Shown: positions 58,651 to 64,000 of the stretch, one piece after another
How positions within the stretch are numbered: position 1 is the stretch's first letter
Layout of the letters: the number at the start of each line of letters is the position of its first letter
Assembly: GCA_963580245.1 (NCBI GenBank)
Contig: CAUZJO010000001.1
Coordinates: forward strand, 67,564-131,563
Reading direction: 5' to 3'
Source: Candidatus Sumerlaeia bacterium
Lineage (GTDB): Bacteria; Sumerlaeota; Sumerlaeia; MVZB01
DNA: 64,000 bases
The notes under the pieces: model-generated
Database searches by the model: none
What the model was told of the DNA's origin: nothing
The model's input: only the letters and a program-made list of their open reading frames with translations
Made by a program: the position numbers and the translations under genes

Positions 58651-59991
58651 ATGTTGGCTGAGACGGCCTTAGATCACCTAAGCGAAGAGGCCCGCGCAAT
58701 CTTTATGGCGGCGGTCCGGGGGGTTGAGCCGGGTCGATTGATGGCGGGGCTGGATTGGGCCGATCTGGCGGGTCGGCCGGTTGACGCGTTTGAACGGGTC
58801 CGGGTGATCGGCGCCGGCAAGGCGGGCATTCCGATGGCCCGCGCGGCTGAAGATGCCCTGGGGGGGCGCATCGCGGGTGGGGTGGTTGTCGTCCCGCATG
58901 GCTATCGCGCGACGCTACCGGCCGGATTGGCCCCGCCGGACACGATCGAGGTGGTCGAGGCCGGCCATCCGCTTCCCGACGCGCAGGGCGTGGAGGCGGC
59001 GCGGCGGTGTTTGACGCTGGCCGAGGGCTGCGGGCCCGCCGAGTTGCTCCTGGTGCTGATTTCGGGCGGCGGGTCGGCGTTGTGGCTGGCGTTCGCGGGC
59101 GGGATCCCGCTCGAAGACGCCCAGGCGGCGTTCGGGCTGCTCCTGCGTAGTGGGGCGACGATCCATGAGTTCAACACCGTTCGCAAGCATCTGTCGCGCA
59201 TCGGCGGCGGCCAGTTGGCCAAGGTGGCGGGGGGCGCGGGGGCGGTGGTCGGGTTGGTCATTTCCGACGTCATCGGGGACAGCCTCAGCTCGATCGCGAG
59301 CGGCCCGCTCGTGCCCGATCCCACCACTTTCGGCGATGCAGAGGACGTGCTGCGGCGCCATGACCTGATCGACAAGCTGCCCGCCTCGGTCCTCAGGCGA
59401 ATCGAGGACGGGGTGTCCAATCCCGACCTGGAGACACCCAAACCCGGATTGCCCTTGTTTGAAGGCGTCCGAACGCACCTGCTTGCCGGCAACCGGCAGG
59501 CACTGGAGGCGGCCGTCGCCGAGGCCCGACGCCGCGGATTCCACGCGCGCGTCTTGACCGAGGACCTCCAAGGCGAGGCGCGCGAGGTCGGCGAACACCT
59601 GGTGGCGATCGCCGCTCAAGACGACACCCCGCGGCCGAGTTGCCTGCTGTGGGGCGGCGAGACGACGGTGACGGTGAAGGGCCGGGGCAGGGGAGGTCGC
59701 AATCAGGAAGTGGTGCTGGGGGCGGCCCGCGCGATGCGAGGGTTGGAGCAGTGGATGCTGGTCCTCAGCGGTGGGACCGACGGGATCGACGGCCCCACCG
59801 ACGCGGCCGGCGCCTGGGCTTCGCCGGCGACCGCGCGGGGGGCCGAGGCCGCGGGCCTGTCCATGGACGACGCCCTCGCCGACAACGACGCCTACCCCTT
59901 TTTTGAACGTCTCGGTCAGCTAATCAAAACAGGCCCGACTCACACGAACGTGATGGACGTCATGATTGTGCTGCGCGGCGAGAAGGGCTGA
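58651..59991 (+). CDS. Glycerate 2-kinase of the MOFRL family (GckA/TtuD-type).
   Basis: DUF4147-like N-terminal and MOFRL C-terminal blocks are present: VIGAGKAGIPMA, LVLISGGGSAL, EFNTVRKHLSRIGGGQLA and VISDVIGDSLSSIASGP. The ATG at 58651 has a GAAGGGA Shine-Dalgarno. The ORF-track start at 58423 overlaps the protease gene. Confidence 0.72.
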   Translation: MLAETALDHLSEEARAIFMAAVRGVEPGRLMAGLDWADLAGRPVDAFERVRVIGAGKAGIPMARAAEDALGGRIAGGVVVVPHGYRATLPAGLAPPDTIEVVEAGHPLPDAQGVEAARRCLTLAEGCGPAELLLVLISGGGSALWLAFAGGIPLEDAQAAFGLLLRSGATIHEFNTVRKHLSRIGGGQLAKVAGGAGAVVGLVISDVIGDSLSSIASGPLVPDPTTFGDAEDVLRRHDLIDKLPASVLRRIEDGVSNPDLETPKPGLPLFEGVRTHLLAGNRQALEAAVAEARRRGFHARVLTEDLQGEAREVGEHLVAIAAQDDTPRPSCLLWGGETTVTVKGRGRGGRNQEVVLGAARAMRGLEQWMLVLSGGTDGIDGPTDAAGAWASPATARGAEAAGLSMDDALADNDAYPFFERLGQLIKTGPTHTNVMDVMIVLRGEKG

Positions 59992-60177
59992 AGCGATGCC
60001 GGGTTCGCATAGAACGGCCGTGATGTCGCCGTGGAGGGGATTGGAGAACGGCAAGGGCATGACAGCGCTCGACGCCGGCGCGGGGAAAGGGCACGGTGCC
60101 CGCGACGATCGGATGAAGGCCGATGATCGGGCCCCGGCACGGAAAACGCCGAAGGGCTGGAATGGGTTGTTGATTTC

Positions 60178-61287
60178 ATGACGCACGACTATGTCATCGT
60201 CGGGGCCGGGCTTTTCGGCGCGGTCTTCGCCCAGCAGTTGCGAGAGCACGGCAAACGGGCGTTGGTCCTGGACAAGCGCGATCACATCGGCGGCAACTGT
60301 TACTCCCACGACCATGAAGACACCAACATCACCATCCACAAATACGGCACCCACATCTTCCACACCAACAACGACCAGGTGTGGCGCTACATCAATCGCT
60401 TTACCGAGTTCAATCGCTATCAACACCGCGTTCTGACGACGCATCGCGACCGTGTTTACGCGATGCCGATCAACCTGGGAACGATCAATCAGTTCTACGG
60501 GCTCAACCTCAAGCCGGGCGAGGTGGAGGCCTTCATCGCGTCCAAGCGCGAAGGGATCAGCCATCCGCGCAACCTGGAGGAGAAAGCCATCAGCCTCATC
60601 GGGCGCGACCTCTACGAGGCGTTCATCAAGGGCTACACGATGAAGCAATGGGATTGCGACCCCAAGGAGCTACCGGCCAACATCATCACGCGCCTGCCGG
60701 TGCGCGAGTCTTATTATGATTCCTATTTCAACGACCGCTATCAGGGCATTCCGATTGGCGGGTACACGCCGATCTTCAAGCGGTTGTTCGAGGGGATCGA
60801 CGTGGAGTTGGGGGTCGACTTCTTTGAAGACCCCGATCACTGGCGGTGCCGCGCGCGACGGATCATCTACACCGGGCCGATCGACCGCTATTTCGATTAT
60901 CAATTCGGCCGGCTCGGTTGGCGCAGCGTGCGCTTCGACCCCGAACGACTGGCCATCGAGGACTTCCAGGGCACGAGCGTGATGAACTACGCCGACCTCG
61001 ACGCGTCCCACACGCGCATCCACGAACCCAAACACCTGCACCGCGAAAAGACCCACACGCCCAACACGACCGTCATCATCCGCGAGTACGCGCAGACCAA
61101 CAACGACCAGCCCTACTACCCCGTCAATTCCGAAGCCGACAAAAAGATCCTCGCCCAATACGCGGCATTGCAGGCCGAGGAGCGCGGCGTGATCTTCGGC
61201 GGCCGGTTGGCGGAGTATAAGTATTACGACATGCACCAGGTCATCGGCTCGGCGCTGAGCAAAGCGGCCAAAGAGCTGAGTCGCTGA
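60178..61287 (+). CDS. glf: UDP-galactopyranose mutase.
   Basis: The FAD site is YVIVGAGLFGAVFA. Also present are HIGGNCYS and HKYGTHIFHTNN, with glf-typical length and order. Confidence 0.88.
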   Translation: MTHDYVIVGAGLFGAVFAQQLREHGKRALVLDKRDHIGGNCYSHDHEDTNITIHKYGTHIFHTNNDQVWRYINRFTEFNRYQHRVLTTHRDRVYAMPINLGTINQFYGLNLKPGEVEAFIASKREGISHPRNLEEKAISLIGRDLYEAFIKGYTMKQWDCDPKELPANIITRLPVRESYYDSYFNDRYQGIPIGGYTPIFKRLFEGIDVELGVDFFEDPDHWRCRARRIIYTGPIDRYFDYQFGRLGWRSVRFDPERLAIEDFQGTSVMNYADLDASHTRIHEPKHLHREKTHTPNTTVIIREYAQTNNDQPYYPVNSEADKKILAQYAALQAEERGVIFGGRLAEYKYYDMHQVIGSALSKAAKELSR

Positions 61288-61331
61288 GGACGGAATCGCG
61301 GCGCCGTCAGGCAAGACCGGCAAACCGTGGA

Positions 61332-62294
<963 letters not shown>

Positions 62295-62354
62295 TGTGAT
62301 GATTCTACTGGATACGGCGGGTAAGCAAAGGGAATAAGAGACAGCAACGGCGGG

Positions 62355-63713
62355 TCACACCAATTCGTGGACCGGGGCGCCGGTTTTGTCGCCGGTGGAG
62401 TTGGCAATCTTGATGGGGCGGCCGATGGGATGCATGTATTCCTTGGTCCAATCGATGCCGAAGGCTTTGTAGAGGGTCGCGTAGAGGTCGCCGATGGTGA
62501 CCATGCGGTCGGCGACGTAGGCGCCGCGCTCGTCGCTGGCGCCGATGACCTGGCCCCCGCGGATGCCGCCGCCGGCGAGCGCAACGGTCCAGCATTCGGG
62601 CCAGTGATCGCGCCCCTGGCCGACGTTCACGTCGGCGGTGCGGCCGAACTCGCCCATCATCAGGACGACCGTGGACTCCAGCATTCCGCGCTCCTCGAGG
62701 TCATCGAGCAGGGCTGTGATCGTGCGGTCGAACTGCGGGCCGAGCGACTCGCGCATTTTCTTGTCGTTGAAATCATGCGTGTCCCAACCGACCTTCGTAA
62801 ACCCGTTGGCCGTGACGAACCGGCTGCCCGCCTCGACCAGCCGGCGCGCAAGCAGGATGCTCTGGCCGGCCTCGTCGCGCCCGTAGGCGTCCCGGGTCTT
62901 ATCCGATTCCTTGGATAGGTCAAACGCCTCGCGCGCGTTGGGCGAGGTGATCATGTTCCAGGCCTGTTCGGTGAAGCGGTCCATCTTGGCGAACTTGGCG
63001 GCCTCGACCTTCTCGCGATAGAACTGGTCCACCATCTTGAGAAACGAACGGCGGCCCGCGATGCGCTCGGGCGACAGATGGACCGGCACGCTCAGGTCGG
63101 GCATGTCGTAAGCCGCGAGGACGTCCTCGCCCATCGACGAGCCGGAGCTGGGCTTGGGGACGAACATCGGGTCGTTTTCGGGCGCGATGATGTGGCCGCG
63201 GAACGCGTCGTTATAGCGATGATCCATCTCGGGGATCATCAGGTGGGGCGGGACGTTGTTGCGCGCGCCCATCTCGTTGGTGATGATCGAGCCGAAACTG
63301 GGGAACTTCATCGCGGGGTTCGGGCTGTGGCCGGTGACGGCGAAGTGCGTGGCCTGCAAGTGGTTGTTTTCCTTGGAGTGCATCGAGCGGATCAGCGCGA
63401 TCCTGTCCATCCGCTGCGCCAAGGTGGGGAACAACTCCGAAATCTGGATGCCGGGGACGTTGGTGGAGATGGGCCTGAACGAGCTGCTGGGCTTGGGGTC
63501 CCAGGTGTCCATCTGGCTTTGGCCGCCCTCGAGCCAGATCAGGATGCAGGCCTGCGCCTTGGCCTTTCGGACCGATTCTTCGGCGGCCAGGGCGTGTTGC
63601 AGCCGCAGGACTTGAGGCAAGCCGATGCCCAGGAAGCCGAGCGAGCCGACGCGCAGGAAGTCCCGCCGCTTGAAATGGCCACCCGAGCAAGTTTTTGCGA
63701 GCTTCAGCGACAT
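62355..63713 (-). CDS. DUF1501 domain protein (sulfatase-like fold, Tat-signal; PVC-typical).
   Basis: The twin-arginine signal is KRRDFLRVGSLGFLG. The ILIWLEGGQSQMDTWDPKP block is typical of DUF1501. AGGAG is the Shine-Dalgarno. Confidence 0.75.
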   Translation of the reverse strand: MSLKLAKTCSGGHFKRRDFLRVGSLGFLGIGLPQVLRLQHALAAEESVRKAKAQACILIWLEGGQSQMDTWDPKPSSSFRPISTNVPGIQISELFPTLAQRMDRIALIRSMHSKENNHLQATHFAVTGHSPNPAMKFPSFGSIITNEMGARNNVPPHLMIPEMDHRYNDAFRGHIIAPENDPMFVPKPSSGSSMGEDVLAAYDMPDLSVPVHLSPERIAGRRSFLKMVDQFYREKVEAAKFAKMDRFTEQAWNMITSPNAREAFDLSKESDKTRDAYGRDEAGQSILLARRLVEAGSRFVTANGFTKVGWDTHDFNDKKMRESLGPQFDRTITALLDDLEERGMLESTVVLMMGEFGRTADVNVGQGRDHWPECWTVALAGGGIRGGQVIGASDERGAYVADRMVTIGDLYATLYKAFGIDWTKEYMHPIGRPIKIANSTGDKTGAPVHELV

Positions 63714-63732
63714 GCAGACTCCTACTGGAGAA

Positions 63733-64000
63733 TCATACCAGTTCCTCGAGCGGGACGCCAGTCTTGTCCTCGAGCGAGTTGGCGATCTTGATCGGCCGGC
63801 CGATGGGGTGCATGTATTCCTTGGTCCAGTCGATCCCGAAGGCCTTGTAGACGGTCGCGAACACGTCGCCCATCGAGACCATCCGTTCGGCGACGTAGGC
63901 GCCGCGCTCGTCGCTGGCGCCGATGACCTGGCCGCCCCGGATGCCGCCGCCGGCGAGGACCCCCGTCCAGCATTCGGGCCAGTGGTCGCGCCCGCCCCCT
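63733..64000 (-). CDS. Second DUF1501 paralog. Only the C-terminal part is in the window; it continues past the edge.
   Basis: The nucleotide sequence over 63733-64000 is ~85% identical to 62355-62620. The translation ends …LEELV*. Confidence 0.65.
   Translation of the reverse strand, partial: GGGRDHWPECWTGVLAGGGIRGGQVIGASDERGAYVAERMVSMGDVFATVYKAFGIDWTKEYMHPIGRPIKIANSLEDKTGVPLEELV

Overview
This is a 64 kb, high-GC (~63%) chromosomal window. The gene content suggests a PVC-superphylum (Planctomycetota-like) bacterium: prepilin-type/DUF1559-like N-termini, tandem DUF1501 genes and many secreted or lipoproteins. I found no tRNA, rRNA or CRISPR array.

Most of the window is housekeeping. Recognised genes are prfB (RF2, with no +1 frameshift site), iscS plus an IscA/ErpA-type carrier, ispH, an OmpA-family lipoprotein, zwf, two GT2 glycosyltransferases flanking trmL, two tandem lepB paralogs, htpG, a squalene/phytoene-synthase-family gene, folE, a Trm112-like gene, dsbD, dinB, a MOFRL glycerate kinase, glf, an SDR epimerase and DUF1501 paralogs.

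Accessory or unusual content, in rough order of interest:
- Positions 31.5-42.3 kb hold a carbohydrate-active cluster. Its core is three tandem, recently duplicated, secreted GH32-fold proteins. All three retain the RDP-like Asp and the EC-like Glu but have Gly in place of the catalytic nucleophile Asp.
- A ~0.7 kb lower-GC two-gene cassette (small unknown protein, translationally coupled to a retropepsin-like clan-AA aspartic protease) is inserted between dinB and the glycerate kinase.
- The PEP-utilising/PPDK_N/lamin-tail locus at 13.4-16.9 kb is broken by two in-frame stops and three frame changes.
- A ~1,300-aa PKD/cadherin-like adhesin gene is frameshifted.
- A 7C-A-6C homopolymeric tract sits at the 5' end of a GT2 gene and may be a phase-variation or frameshift site.
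- An AT-rich (40% GC) module with multiple CGGATT/AATCCG inverted half-sites, bounded by 15-bp inverted repeats, lies in the htpG promoter region. It is either an operator or a MITE.
- A perfect 20+2+20 bp palindrome truncates a pRiA4b-ORF3-like mobile-element passenger gene.
- A ~37-bp dispersed repeat occurs 3' of prfB, next to a 30-bp-arm hairpin, and again across the 3' end of trmL.

Many long ORFs antisense to real genes are high-GC artefacts and were not called.
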